Both the position numbers and the translations under genes were made by a program. From Mesotaenium endlicherianum (lineage: Eukaryota), in contig WELA01000598.1 in assembly GCA_009602735.1 (NCBI GenBank), positions 51,321 to 115,320 of the forward strand: a DNA stretch of 64,000 nucleotides, in the 5' to 3' direction. The notes under the pieces were generated by a model. The model did no database searches, was not told the DNA's origin, and saw only the letters and a list, made by a program, of their open reading frames with translations. This document shows positions 22,101 to 35,100 of this stretch, in pieces. Numbering within the stretch: position 1 is the first letter of the stretch; each line of letters starts with the position of its first letter.

Positions 22101-22564
22101 CTCCCTTCTCGTCCTCACACGTCTGTTGTCTTCTTCTTCTTCTTCTTGATGCTCGAGTAATTGCTTGCATTGCACTGTCTGCCAGCTGTGCCAGTACATA
22201 CTAGTCAGAGATGAGGGGGGGCCAGTGTGAGCCCAAGAGCCGGCTGAGTGCAGGCAGCTGTGATGGTGGCAAGCGCTCGCCCCTATCCCCACCCCCACAT
22301 GCTGATGCTGGCAGCACAGAGCTTCGCAGCTTCAGGAGTCCAATCTGGGTGTGCTCTGCGGTGAAAATGCAACGCGCGTGTGAGGGACGTCCATGCTGTT
22401 GTCACTTACGTGTCTTCCCGTTTGCTTGGACTGAGCATTTGTTCCACCTCTTTTTGTGCCACCTGGCAGGTTGGTGCGGTGCTGGCGGGGACCACTACGA
22501 GCCCATTACAGCTCTGCCTCGTCCCGCCAGCCAGTCTGGAGTTAAGGCTGCTGTCGTCTTGTGA
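19140..22564 (+). CDS. OTU-like cysteine protease / putative deubiquitinase; exons 19140-19822, 21061-21301, 21908-22073, 22470-22564
   Basis: Catalytic-Cys motif VEADGNCLFTA and His motif GWCGAGGDHYEP. All four exons join in frame through GT-AG introns. Internal blocks (AFGDDIAIE.LATE..REIFV.QAHGSD, FLFMKGTG) resemble a conserved plant protein family. Confidence 0.9.
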
Positions 22565-23908
22565 TCGGTGCTAGAGTTAACTGATTGGTGCCCTGATCCA
22601 ATCCATGTCTCTGTCCTCTCCCCCCCCCCCTCTCTCTCTCAAGCATAACTGAAATGTCATTCTCCACTGCCTGTATGTTCAGCAACTGAACGGTTTCTGG
22701 AAGAGGTACTCCCTTGACAGAAGCGGCATTCAGCCTCACGCTAAGGTTCACTGTGTGCTGCTTATATACTTCTAAGTAGTTCTGTAGTACTCATAGCATA
22801 TAGTCAGTAGACAAATAGATACTGCTTGGTTTTTGTCCCCTACGCAGGACAGGTGACAGACGAAAAGTGGCATCCAAGTAAGCAAGCATAATAATAATTT
22901 AGATGAAGCAGCTTGATCTGCATATTTGGTTCGATCAAGCATAGGTTAGACAAATAAGTCGGGAGAAGAAGAGTCAGCAAGGAGCTTCTCATTCTCCAGG
23001 CAAAAGAAAGCACTAGAGCATTACTGCTTTTCGTCACATTTTTCTGCTAGATTAAATGTTGCTTAATTGTCAGATTCGCATCAGGTTAGTTAGAAGGGGG
23101 ATTGCATACCGCATGCCTAGATTAGTGGCTGAGGGCCTTGGACATCAGAGAGTGCTTCACACACCTTATTTATTCATTACATTTTTCTGCAAAACTTTAC
23201 ACCTCCAATTTCTAGTGTGCACAGTACCTTACAGAACACGTAGATGTGAAGCAGTCAAGTCTGCAGAAGACTTGACACGAGCCATACACTGGCGAGAGCA
23301 CTTTGCTGCACTCTCAACAACAGAACGAAAGCTCGACACCTTCAAGGCACCAGTACTGGCTTGCAGCTTGAGGCTTGACTTCACTTGCATGAGTCAACTC
23401 TTTGCAAGAAGAGCATTTGCCAACCAAGGAAGCAAGGCAAAACTGAGTCCCCTCTTGCAATTCTTGTCAAAGTGCTTCTCCACTGATATGAGTACACAAA
23501 CCGAGGTCCTACATGAACGGTGAAAGCTCTCGAGTCTTACACACCGTGGGACTACAGCAGCTGCTAGCTTTGGTTGCCTGGCACGAGCCGCACGAATGCA
23601 ATATCGACTGGGCACGGAGCAAATACACCTGCAATGTGACCTCCGACTATGTAACCGAGACCACTCCAAGCCTGGGACGGCGATACAAAGCCTCCAGGTC
23701 AGTCTAAAAAGAATGAATGCGATGGCGTATGCACTGGCCAAAAATATTCCTGCCCGCACACGCGCACGTGGCCAGAATGATATGCATGAGGGCGCAGGAT
23801 TAGAGCTGCCTCTCTGCTAGACTAAAATTGACGAGGATAAGGAGGAGGAGGGGAGTAGGAGGAGGGCGAGGAGCAACCGGAGGATAGAAAGGGGTCACTT
23901 CACTCTCT

Positions 23909-26900
23909 TTACTTGAGATTATTCTCCACCGGGCCCCAGTCCTTGGGCGGCCAGATCTGCGCGAGCACAACGCACACGGGCACCGCTAAGATCACACAAT
24001 CACGGCTGGCTGAACCAATGGAGCACTTGAAAGGACCGCCCCAAAGAAGCCTCTGGAAGATACCCAAAAACCGAAATCCTAAGCAGGCCCGTCAGTCAGT
24101 TAGCCACTAAGTGGCCAACCTGCTCACAACTAGGGGGCTGAGGAGGGCTAGTCACTGCCTAATACAATCTGATCGTCTGGGAGAGACAGCAAAGACGGGG
24201 ACAGATTGACGGGGAGAGGAAGGGGAGGAAGGGGGAGAAGGGGGTAAAGGAGGGGGGGGGAGGAGCTGCGAGGCTCCTTGGTGGGCGTCACTTCCATCTG
24301 GCAGTAGGCTGCCTGTGCTAGAAGAAGAAGAGACAGGTAAACGGCAGGCAGGCAGGCAAGCACAAAGGGCCAGTCTGGCCAAGAAAGCTGAAGATGAAAG
24401 ATTGAGAGGAGGTGGTGCGGGTAGGTAGCGGCCTAGCCAGCTGACGGGAGCTTGCCAGCTGTCAGCCAAGAATGACAGCTGGCAAAGTGGCAGCCGGCGA
24501 AGCTTGCCAGCTAGCGGAGCCTGCAGGGGCCCTCTTCCACTTGCCTTGAAATAAGGGCAACTACACTCAACGCCCCTCTGGGAGCTTGCTCGTGCAAGAA
24601 TAAGAAACCATGCCGGTATGGAACGCTTGCCCCGTGAGGCGCAACGTGCGAGCAGACGAGACAAACCCCACCCGCGGCGTTGCCAGGCCACTGGCGTGCT
24701 CGACGCCCCTGGCAAGAGAGTGGAGGGAAGTAAGGCCAGCCCGAGGGCAAGCGACTGCACCAGAACGGGAGCGATCCAACCTTGCGAGGACAAAAAGTAC
24801 CAGCCGAGAAATGGGCCCCAGAGGGCCTACTGAGAGGAGAGAAGGACCAGGAACGGGGGACGGAGGCCAAGGGGCAGGGGACGGGGGACGGGGGACGGGG
24901 GAAGAAGAGGGAAAGAGGGGGCAGGGTGGGTTGAGCAAACTGCCTAATTCAGCTGGTGCGTCGAGCATGGAGTGTCCATCGCACAAATGAAGTGCAACCA
25001 GAGAAAAAGGCGACACATCTTGCAGTTTAAGGATCGGTTGTTGCGGGCGCTCCTCCTCCCGCTGCGACAAGACGCAGGAGAGCGACAGCAGCTCAAGGCA
25101 CCGGCAGGAAAGAGAGAATTGGCACGCACGCCCGCTAAGGCACAGCCTCTCCTCTGCTTCAGTCAAACAAACAATCCCGCTGCTGCAAGGCTCCAGCTGC
25201 TGCACCTTGCAGAGGGCCTGGCTGCAGACGAGCTCCTGAGGTGTTAAAGGCACGGGCTCAAGCAATGGGAGGTGCGGGATCGACACACGGCCCCCCCCCC
25301 CTCCCAAGAGCCAAGGCCTCTCTGCTGGCATTGCAAACGGTCCCTGTGGGAAGAGGCTCCCGGGCTTCCCAGCAGGCACACCTTGTAGAAGACCTTGCCG
25401 CGGATGAGCGCGTACGGCACGGGCCCGTAGTGGCGCGAGTCCGTCGAGTTGTAGCGGTTGTCGCCTTGCAGCCACACGTGCCCCTTGGGTATCTGCGCTC
25501 GCCGCCACACCACCACCGCGCGCATTCCACACCCCCGCCGCCGCCGCCGCCATTGTCGTCGTCGTCGTGTGCCGTCCCCGTCGTCGGTGTCATCAGCGTG
25601 GTGGTTGCCGTTGTGGTTATCGTTGCCATTGTCATTGTCATTGTTGTTTTTCGTTGTCATTGTCGTCGTTGATGCCATTGAGAGCGTCAACGGCCCCCCC
25701 CATCCGGCATGCGCGCACGCACACATGCACACTCACATGAGATGGACGGGACACCCGACGGACGAGCAGAGAAAGAAAGTAGATGAGGCGAGCGAATGCC
25801 GTCGTGAGAGAGGCTGCTGCGAGTGTCGCAGTCCGCAGCCCTGATTGCGCGCCTGCGTGTGCCCGCGGGTGCACTCAGGCAGGCCCACACTGGGGGAAAG
25901 AGGGGTACAGACGAGAGCGTCACATGAGAGGAATCTGGAGGAGGTCTGCAGGCAATCGCGAAGGCGGCAAGGGGTAGCAACAGCAGGGCCGCAAGCAGGA
26001 CGACAAATTCCACACTGTGACACTCGACATGCTAGCGAAAAGGGTGCCCCCGGGGAGCCCTGATGAAAGGGCGGAGGAGCTGCCCTTGTTGGGGGGAGGA
26101 CCAGAGGGGAAGGGGGTGGAGGGGCGAGCAGGCGTAGGCGGCACTCCCAGGAACAGAATGAGGTAGCTGCCGAGTGGCCGGCAGTAGGGGAATGCTAGGG
26201 TAAGATCAGCGTCATGAAGCACAAGCGTACATTTAGAATTGCTGATTAGTTTTGCGCTTGTGGCATAGGGGCCAAGACAAGGGGGCCCTACAGTGAGGAC
26301 TGGCAGAGGTGCTCGGGCATCACTGGCAGAGGCGCTCGGGAGAGCAGCAGCCCCAAAACCCCTGATGCCATATGTCTTACTCCTCGTCAGCCCCCCACAA
26401 GTCTTAAACGTCTACCACTCCTAAAAATGAACTCTCACATTCGACGTAACATGTACCCCGATAGGTCTTATTCCTTGACTCCCCAAAACCCCCAACTTCC
26501 AAAAGCCAAACACTCAAAAGCCCCCCCCACTGACCCCGGGGGGCAAAACCCTGACCCAAGAATGCCGGGACAGAAAGGCCTTTGGCATAGCGTGCCCCAA
26601 GAGGCCAGACTCCAGCCCTGACACCAACCCTGCCCTAAAGCCCTGACCAAAAACCCTCGGCCAGATGCTTTGAAGGGTAGCACCATCCGCAGAGGGCTCC
26701 GGTGGGCATCTGGGGGCCCACCATTTCGCCGCATGGCTAGCCACGTGTCACCTTCTCTCCCGTCAGAGGCTATCCCCCTTACTGGCAGGCGAGGAGGCGT
26801 GGCGCGCGTGCCGGACATGCTGCGGCAGCGGGTGCCGCCGGGCTTGCTGCTCAGCACAGGGAAGAAGTAACAGTCGGGACTCGCCTCACCTCACATGCGG

Positions 26901-27345
26901 CAGACGAGCGTGAACTCTGAAGAGACTTCAGAGGCCGGCTCTCCTTTCTCTTCTGTCCCCCTCTCTCTTCCTCCCCCCGTTCACTTCATGTGTGTTTGTG
27001 TGTCTGTGCGTCTGTGTGTGCATGTGCGTGTGCGTGGCTGTAGCTATATGTGTGCGTGCCTCTGGGGAGGAGGGGGGGGAAGGGGGTCGGAGGGGTGGGG
27101 GTGGGGGGTGAGCCACTCACGCGGACGTGGCGGACGCGGTCGGAGGCATGAACGGGCAGCACAGTGATGCTGTCGCCCTCCAGGCCCAGCAGGCGCTTGC
27201 ACACCATGAGGCGCGGGTTAGTGGGCGACTTGGCCACCACCACGTCGCCCGCCTGCAGCTTGTCCAGGCTGGCGCTCACGTGCTCCAGCAGCACGATGTC
27301 GCCGGACGCGTTGAATGTGGGCAGCATGCTGGGGCCCATGCACTG

Positions 27346-27376
<31 letters not shown>

Positions 27377-27646
27377 GCGCGCGAGCACGCACGCACGCGC
27401 ACACACACACACGCGCATGCATGCACGCACGCACGCACGCACGCACGAACGCACGCACGTACGGACCCGGGCACAAGCCAGGCGATACCGGGAGTTTAGC
27501 AACCGTGAGGCCAACAACAGTTTCTCTTCGACGAGGACTCGCACATCCTATGCGGCGGTTTTCCAGGGCTTGAGGTACACCATGAGGTTTCCTATGGCAT
27601 ATAGTATCACACACGTACAGGCACGCGCGCGCGCCTACATACACAT

Positions 27647-27710
<64 letters not shown>

Positions 27711-28572
27711 GCAGGCACGCAGGCGTGCGAGCAGAAGTATGTGGCCCATAGACTCCAAAGGCAGCAGAACCGAACGACGCGTTCGTGTACAGGGGTGAAC
27801 AAACTCGTGACCCTAGTGGTTGCCTCTCCAGCTAAAAGCCTCCTGGCTGCCTTCCAGATGAGCACTTCCTTTGAGCACTTCCTCTGAAGTGCAAACTCTC
27901 ACAGTGATTTCTTTTCGCGTGTTCCCCAGACCCATTCTTAGAGAGGGAGTGCAACACGGAAGAGGTTCCGAAAGTCTGACCCCGACGACAGCGGAAGCTA
28001 AGGAGAGGCGCGCAATTGGTGGCCCTGTCGGCTCGGGACGTAAGCACCTGCTCTCACATTGTGGCACTTGCTATACTTGCTTCAATTCCCGCGTAACGGT
28101 ATGCAACCACCCTTCCTGATAGCTCCAGGGTGCCAATGCGTAGTCAGCTCTCAGATGGGTCCTTCACAAGGAAGACAGGGCAAGTGCTTCCGCTTGCTCA
28201 TTTCGCTTTCAGATAAAGTGGGACGCTCGGTGAAGGCTCCCCACAGCGCGGCTGATCAGTGTAAGAGCAAGTCATCAGATTTTTTTATGTCCCTCACAAC
28301 AACTCCCTTATTTCCTCGACGCACTCAACCCAAGGTTCCAAATATTAGTTGTCCACTTGGTGATCCTTCGAGATGCTGTTCTCGCTGATAAGGAAGGGCG
28401 CCAGGAAGATGTCCAGCACAGAGGTGAAAGTCAACGGGCAGAAAAAGAAAGTTTTCCCTACCATGGTGACCTCCATGACATAGTTGGTGAAGACGTTGTA
28501 GAAGCACGCGAAGTTTGTGAGCACCACCGCTCTCTCCCAGGTCTCTTGAAGCAGGGCTTTCCAGGGAGCCAT
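23909..28572 (-). CDS. IMP1: Mitochondrial inner membrane peptidase subunit 1-like (peptidase S26); exons 28572-28462, 27342-27121, 25492-25382, 23956-23909 (163 aa)
   Basis: Ser-Lys dyad motifs GPSMLPT and [11 protein letters not shown], box [25 protein letters not shown]-terminal IWPP. Three phase-0 GT-AG introns give an uninterrupted ORF. Confidence 0.9.
27648..27706 (+). repeat. (CA)n microsatellite in IMP1 intron 1 (further CA/GCAC tracts at ~27345-27460)
   Basis: Read directly from the sequence. Confidence 0.95.
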
Positions 28573-30700
28573 GCTGCCTATATGCTCCACAATCTCCCAC
28601 AATTATGAAAAGAGTGTCGAAGGTCCTGTCCGACTAAGCCTAAGATGACTCCAAGTAACAAACACAAAGTTCTTACCCTTCAAATTATTCAGCTACAGAA
28701 GGTTAGAAATCAGCAGGCTCTGTATCCCCCATCTTGCCCTGTGTATAGTGAGCTGGTGGCACGCAGGAGCTCAGAGTTTTAACGACAGCATACGTGAGGA
28801 AGGTGCTCTTGTGCCCTTAAAACATCATATAGTCCTCATTCTAGCGTCTCTCTGCAGCAGGTCCAGCTGGAACCAGAGACTGATGCTACTTGACTTGGTT
28901 ACTTCCGTTCTGCCGATCTCTCATCCTCGAGAACACACGCACTGGGCCCAAGGCCTGCAACCGCACGGCGTCAGGTTACGCGGACATTGAAGTCAGCCAT
29001 TGAGATTACTCTACTCCTGCTCGCGTATGATATGCATATACAAGACCTTTCTCCACCTCTCTCATACCAAGCCGTGTCCTTGTGAGTCGGATTGACGTGT
29101 TACCAAAGGTCAATCATGAGTGAAAGTGAGGCAACGTCAAAGCGCCTCGACAAAGCAAGCGAAGGTGAGGTGAAGCAACAACCGTACGACTCCTGTTCGA
29201 CGTCGGCCTACTTTTGCCTAGCTCAGGTTGGCGACAGCTTTTCGATCGAGAACTCGAGATCTGTCGAGGTGCAGACATCGTTGACCTGGCTCAGACGGGG
29301 TAAGCGTAGTTCTAAAAGTACCTGGAATGTATATCACTTTGAATATAAGACATTCAGATAATGTTAATGTCATCAGTCGGCTGAACTTCTGGACTTCTCA
29401 ATTGCAATTTTTGATCACCTTCTCAAAATCTTTAATAAGAGTGACTCATATCGGAGTTCAAATTCTTCCATTTACAACAATTCCCCTCAAAATATAGTCT
29501 TACTATTGACCATATAATAGCCTAACCAAGTCACGGCATCATACAAGCTTGTCATTTTCCTGTAATTTCTTCTAAAGGTTTTAAAAATGTCACTATGCTC
29601 AATCCTCAATCTCTAGGATGGCTGATAATTGTCATGCTCTAAGTAGGGATTGGAAAAGGTACGGACCGTGAACCGCACGCCACGTTCCAAATGAGTACAT
29701 TGATGAAAGTTGTATTGCATGAAATGATTGAACATTGAGCAGGTGTGCACGTGCCAATCTACCAAGTATCATGAGAATCTCTTAAAACTTACCCAATGAG
29801 AGTTAGACCTACATTTGCTAGTTACATCATGCAGACCTACAACTATGAAAATCATGTGCACTTGCCGCATAGCAAACAACAAATAGGAACCAAATTAGCA
29901 CCATAATTGGACATGAAGCCTTCTATATCAATATCAACTGTAATGTTACAACTCTACTGGCAAGGTAGTACTTTACAAGCGTTATGGGCATTAATTGCTT
30001 GAGGTGGCGGGAGCGTCACCGAGACTATGCACATCACTATCTCTGAATTGTGCTCCTTGCCTAAATGAGACGTTTATGCAAATATTTGTACATAAAAGTC
30101 AAAACTCTATCTTAAAGTCGAGCTTCAAGCAGCTACTTAAAAATATAACCTTTGGAAGGGGGTAACTAGCAATGCATAAATAAATTATCCTGCAGTACAC
30201 AACAGAAGATATCAAGCCTGGGTCTCAACCTCAGCCCTGGCGCCAAAAAGTATACATCATCTTACACCCCACACAGGTTCTTGTCCTCGTATAGGCCAAT
30301 AAGGAGAGGGGCACAAGTAGGCCTCACACAGAGAACTTGCAGATGGTGAGTCATAAGCTGCATGCAATGTTCCATCTCAAAGTATGAGATAAAGGTGACA
30401 GGTCCCAGCCCCTTCCACCCGGAGCTTAGCTGCTCCCCACCCTAACTCCTTGCATCAATTGACTGTTAAGCATCTTAGCAGGGGCAATGATGCCATCACT
30501 ATTCAACACCTGCAACATGTTCCTTTTCGGAAGACCTAACACTCGAGAGCTGCTCTGCCTCTTGTGGTGCTCACATGAAATCTTATGATTCATCTTCACC
30601 CCCTCTTCCCCAGCAGCACGTAAGGACGTTGGTTGTGCATAGCTGGCACCCACTCTCTCCTGACCCCACCCCTAGAGCATCTCAATCCTCAAGTGGTCCG

Positions 30701-32107
30701 TCACTCTGTGGCATCTGGTGCCACTTGGCACCTAGTATCTTGGAACAACCGCCTAGCCAGGTCAAGTGTCAGGCAATGGCAGCCCCTCTTCACATACTCC
30801 GCATAGCTCCTGATCGTGTCGGGCAAGCCCAAGAATCTGCACCGGCAGGAGAGGGTGACTGCAGTTTCATTGCCGAGACTGAACAAGGCCTTCACTCGAA
30901 GCAGCGAGCTGCACGTCTCAAGTCCCACGCGCCGCAGAGCTGGCAAGCTGCTTACGTTGCAGAAAAATTCTGGCCACTGGGCTGGCGTACTCTGACGGTA
31001 AGGGTCTGCGACTATTGTAAGAGAGGTGAGCCGCGTCAAGGAGGCTAGGAGCGGCCAGGGCAGGGCGCTGTGAGATTGGAGGGACAGGGAGAGCAGGTTG
31101 GGCGTGGATGAAAAGAAGAGCCGTGGAAATTGGAATGTTAGCCGCTGAGCCGACAGCTTTAGGTGAAGTCTCTCCAGACGGGGGAAGGCGCGCGTGGGCA
31201 TCGGAGGGCGGACATCCCAGAAGTCCAGATGTAGCTCCTTCAGCGACTGCAGCTCGGCTATGGTGGCCAACTGACGTGCGCCAACACGTTTCCCACAAGT
31301 GGTGAGATCGAGCATCTGCAGAGAGCTCGCAGCTGCCAGCGAGTGGAGAATGTTCCACCGTGAGTGGGAGTAGGTGTCCTCACCATAAGATACTGTCAAG
31401 GAAAAGTGCGGCAAAGCTGCTAATGATGACGGCAGTCTCTGCGCTTGAAACACTTCGGAGAGCCTGAGGTGGACTGTCTTCAGCTGAGCAGGGGGCTGCA
31501 CCTGTTGCTGCTCCTGATGGGTGACAAGTGTCCTGCTCAGGGGCACCAAGGAGCCCTCGCTGGGAGGCTCAGAGGTACCAATTCTGCGATACCCCCAAGA
31601 GTACTCGAGCGTCAGATGCTCCAGATGGGGGAGGCTCCCAAAGTTGAGCGCCTCCAGGCTTGCGTGCAGCTCCTCCCGATCTCTAAACGACGACTTAAAA
31701 AGTTGGCCATAGAAGTTGAGTGTCAACGTCTGAAGGCTGGTTGCCCAGGCGAAGAAGCGAGGGAGTTCATCAATGATTTCCTCATCATCGACTGCCAACT
31801 CTAAGGAAGTCAAGTGGGGCAATCGCTCCTCCCTGGCAAGTCTTCTCACAAGCTCGTGCAGGCTACACACTCTGCCTGCACCATGCCCCCATGCTGTGAC
31901 GTCCCTCACGTTCCGACAACTTCGCAGTGCGCTGAGGGCGGGTTCCACGTCCAGATCCCATCGCAGGAGACACGCATATCGGTAGCTGTCGAAGAGCAGC
32001 TGCCTCCATCTCTTGCACACGCACCGCACGTTGTCCTCGCTGAAGGACTTAGCCAAGCGTAGGATGCGCACCAGAACTTCATCTGGCAAATTCAAGGTCC
32101 CATCCAT
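30701..32107 (-). CDS. F-box / LRR (RNI-like) protein, intronless, 468 aa (paralogue 1, intact)
   Basis: N-terminal F-box motif LPDEVLVRILRL...VRCVCKRWRQL, repeated LxxLxL units, open frame from ATG 32107 to TGA. Confidence 0.85.
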   Translation of the reverse strand: MDGTLNLPDEVLVRILRLAKSFSEDNVRCVCKRWRQLLFDSYRYACLLRWDLDVEPALSALRSCRNVRDVTAWGHGAGRVCSLHELVRRLAREERLPHLTSLELAVDDEEIIDELPRFFAWATSLQTLTLNFYGQLFKSSFRDREELHASLEALNFGSLPHLEHLTLEYSWGYRRIGTSEPPSEGSLVPLSRTLVTHQEQQQVQPPAQLKTVHLRLSEVFQAQRLPSSLAALPHFSLTVSYGEDTYSHSRWNILHSLAAASSLQMLDLTTCGKRVGARQLATIAELQSLKELHLDFWDVRPPMPTRAFPRLERLHLKLSAQRLTFQFPRLFFSSTPNLLSLSLQSHSALPWPLLASLTRLTSLTIVADPYRQSTPAQWPEFFCNVSSLPALRRVGLETCSSLLRVKALFSLGNETAVTLSCRCRFLGLPDTIRSYAEYVKRGCHCLTLDLARRLFQDTRCQVAPDATE

Positions 32108-35100
32108 GGACCGTGAGGACTCCAAGTCGATCAGCTAGAGAGACCTACATAGGCAAGAAAACAACGTGCATGGTCAAGATACGATTCTGGTGCTGGAGTC
32201 CACGGTGAATAAGTGCATTTGCAGAGCGGTGTTGTCTCCTGTCGTCTAAATATATGCCATACCTTCTTAATTAACACAGGCGGTTTGAAGTACTCGCTTG
32301 ACCCCCATAAAACCCATCATTCAACCTCATTAGTACAATCTAAAGCGGTGCTACAGTAGATGCCCAAAAAAAAGAAATTAAAACTTATCCCCCAACTGGT
32401 ACCAGTGATCCCCACACACGCACAGCAAGATCTAGAATCTCCGACTGGCTCTGACTTTACTTGTCCATGACTTGTTCAATGGTTAAACTTATGAACCAAG
32501 TCAAAGTGTGAGAATATGTCAAAAGAAGCTGTCCACGTCCTTTTGCTGAGAACTTCCTTATCAAGATACTTACAAATCTGTGAATTCAGAACGAACTCAC
32601 CAGCAAATTCACAGCAATACGATGAACACGAACCTTTGTGCAAGAGGCGATTATACATTAATTAGAGCAACTATACAAATACCGCGTCACTTCAACAAGA
32701 GAGACGACACTCACCCCACTCAGTAAAGGCGTATCTATGAACGCCTTGGCCTGATAACATTTGTATGCGCTTTTGAGGTCAATGGCTCTCTGAAATCTAC
32801 CTCGCTTCTTCAAGCTAGGTGACTTAGGACCTTTGTTGTCAACGAGAAGCCTGCCACGTATGTTTGCAATTCACAATCCGTCGAGTTGCTCTTGTTCGGC
32901 ATTTTCTAAAATTGGAGAATGGCATGGAGCGAAAAACGTGTCGTTGCTCTTTTTGGATGTCGTCATTAAATCCTTAGAATGGTCCCAAAGCATACCCAAA
33001 GCGTGCCAGTTGTGGGAAAGAATGTCGAAAGACGAGCTCTTGAAACTTCGATCGATAGTCGGTTTTAAGTGGGTGGACGGCTACACGCAAGTCATCTTTA
33101 TGATGCACAAAGACTTCAGAATGAGGTTGATTTTCCTCTTTAAATTGTGACATGTGGCATAGTAGCCAACTTTTTAGCTCTTATTAGGGGAGTACTATAT
33201 GATGAGTCGAATTCCATATCTGATTCAAAAAACCAAAATAAGGATATAATGAAAAGAGTGGACTTGTGGACGGGGACACATCATACTCCAAAAGTTCCTG
33301 GACCCGTTAAGGAAGATGCTGAGACAAGATATGAAACGACACAGTATTAATCTCATTTGTGGGCACCTAGCTCTGTGGTATTGAGTACATGGTGCATTGG
33401 TCAAGTACGTGGAGTTGAGTAGGATGAGGTTGCGGCACAGCTTACCTTAATTTTGCACTTACGTTTTGCAATATTCGCGAGTTGAAGTGTATGCTTCTCC
33501 ACAAAGAATTCCCAGTGGAGAGTGATTCTCAAAGAAAAGGGCTTCGGACAGAAGTTAAATGGGCAAAGAGAAGTTTTCCTCAAAGTATGGAGCGAAGCTT
33601 TCTGGCTTGTAGCATTCAGCTCATGCATATGGAAAAAGGCTGCAGTTGGATAGGCACCGGGTAGGGGATAGAGCTTCAAGGCTCAGGGTCTCTGCCTGGA
33701 AAAGTTGCCATGGCTGCAGTTAGTCGGTCCAGTTTTCTATAACGCAGAAAGTGTGGTCTTTAGACGCGTTGCAATCTCGTTCCCGTTCAGCTGCTAGGGT
33801 GGGGTGGAGATGCAGGCTACACACGTGGTGTCATGTGTCTTGGCTGTGGGCCTCGTTCCTCTCACTTTGGTGATTGGCACACATCAAATGCTGGGGAAGA
33901 AAGAGGACTTGAAAGGACTCTATCGCTTATGAGCCCTTGTAACTTGTGGGCGACAAGTGCAATGGGGGATGGGGCGGGTGGCATGTGTGGGGACAAAACT
34001 TCCCTCACAGCAACTGCTGAGCTGGCGGCCAGCAGCCATGCAACTCTTTCCTTTCGAGGAACTCTATTTGCAAAGAGACCCCAGAGCACCAACTGGCACG
34101 GGTGTGTGTATGTGGCGCCCCCTTCCCTCTTTCGTTGAGAGCCACAACTGAACTTGGTGTGGGAATGGTGGCGTAAGAGAGGAGGGGGGCTTTATCTGGG
34201 CTGAGCTGGCTGGGCTGGGCTGGTAAGGCTGGGTGAAGCCCACCTCAAGTGTGAGTGGGGTGGAGGTGGAAGTGGAGTTGTTGCTATTCTTGCCACGTTG
34301 ACCTTGACGTACTTAAACCCTACCCTGACACCTGTTACGCTTAAGTTATGCTGCCGAGCAGCTCTAGGAAATTTGTATTGAAATATGAAGTGCGAGGGAG
34401 GGTGTGAGTGCACAAAGGCAACGGCGCTGGGGCCCTCCCTCCTCCCCCCTCCCCTTCCCCCTCTCCCTGCTTTGGATTTTTTCATTCAAACTTTTTTAAT
34501 TGCCACAGCATGAGGGGCTTTGCAGTTCGGAGAGGCTGGACCTCCATGTACTCTGTCATGTGGTGTGCCAAGTGCTCAGCAACGTTGACGTGGGCAGCCT
34601 ATAGCGTGAGGAGGGGGCACCTGGTTTGAAGTTTGAACTGCTGTGTGAACAGGGAGGGAGCGAGGGAGGGGCATGGCGGCAGCGCTAGAAGAGGAGCAGG
34701 AAAAGGAGGGAAGAAATAGCGGCTTGGTCAAAGTTGCAGGATTGCAGCATTCTAGGGTTTCATTAATAGTAGCAGGAGCAGCAATAGCCTCGTCGCTCCT
34801 CATCCTCCTCCTCCTCCTTCTCCTCTTTTCTTGCTGTCTGCGAGGGGCCCAGCAGGCACGTGTAACACTGTAACTAGTTGCTAGATAGTTGCCGCCTGTC
34901 CTTGCGTCTGCAACCAATGGGAGAGAGAGTGAGAGAGGTCATGGGGGCATCATGACACACTTGCCCGGCTGCGTTCAGGCAGGTGGTGTGACGCGTGGGG
35001 CAGGCACGTGGTAGGCAGGTTGGCTTGGCGGTTGAAGATGCTCGTGCAGCTGATCAATAAAGCATGCAGAAGTAGTGGCAACCCGTTGGCGCCAGCGTGT

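Noticed and set aside
24567..25553. 328-aa minus-strand ORF and overlapping ORFs in IMP1 introns
   Set aside because: GC-rich, low-complexity intronic frames with no family motifs; the spliced IMP1 model explains the real exon.
26270..26720. CCCCAAAACCCC/GGGGCCC motifs and a 19-bp duplication in IMP1 intron 2, possibly a MITE/hAT relic
   Set aside because: No terminal inverted repeats or TSD could be defined.
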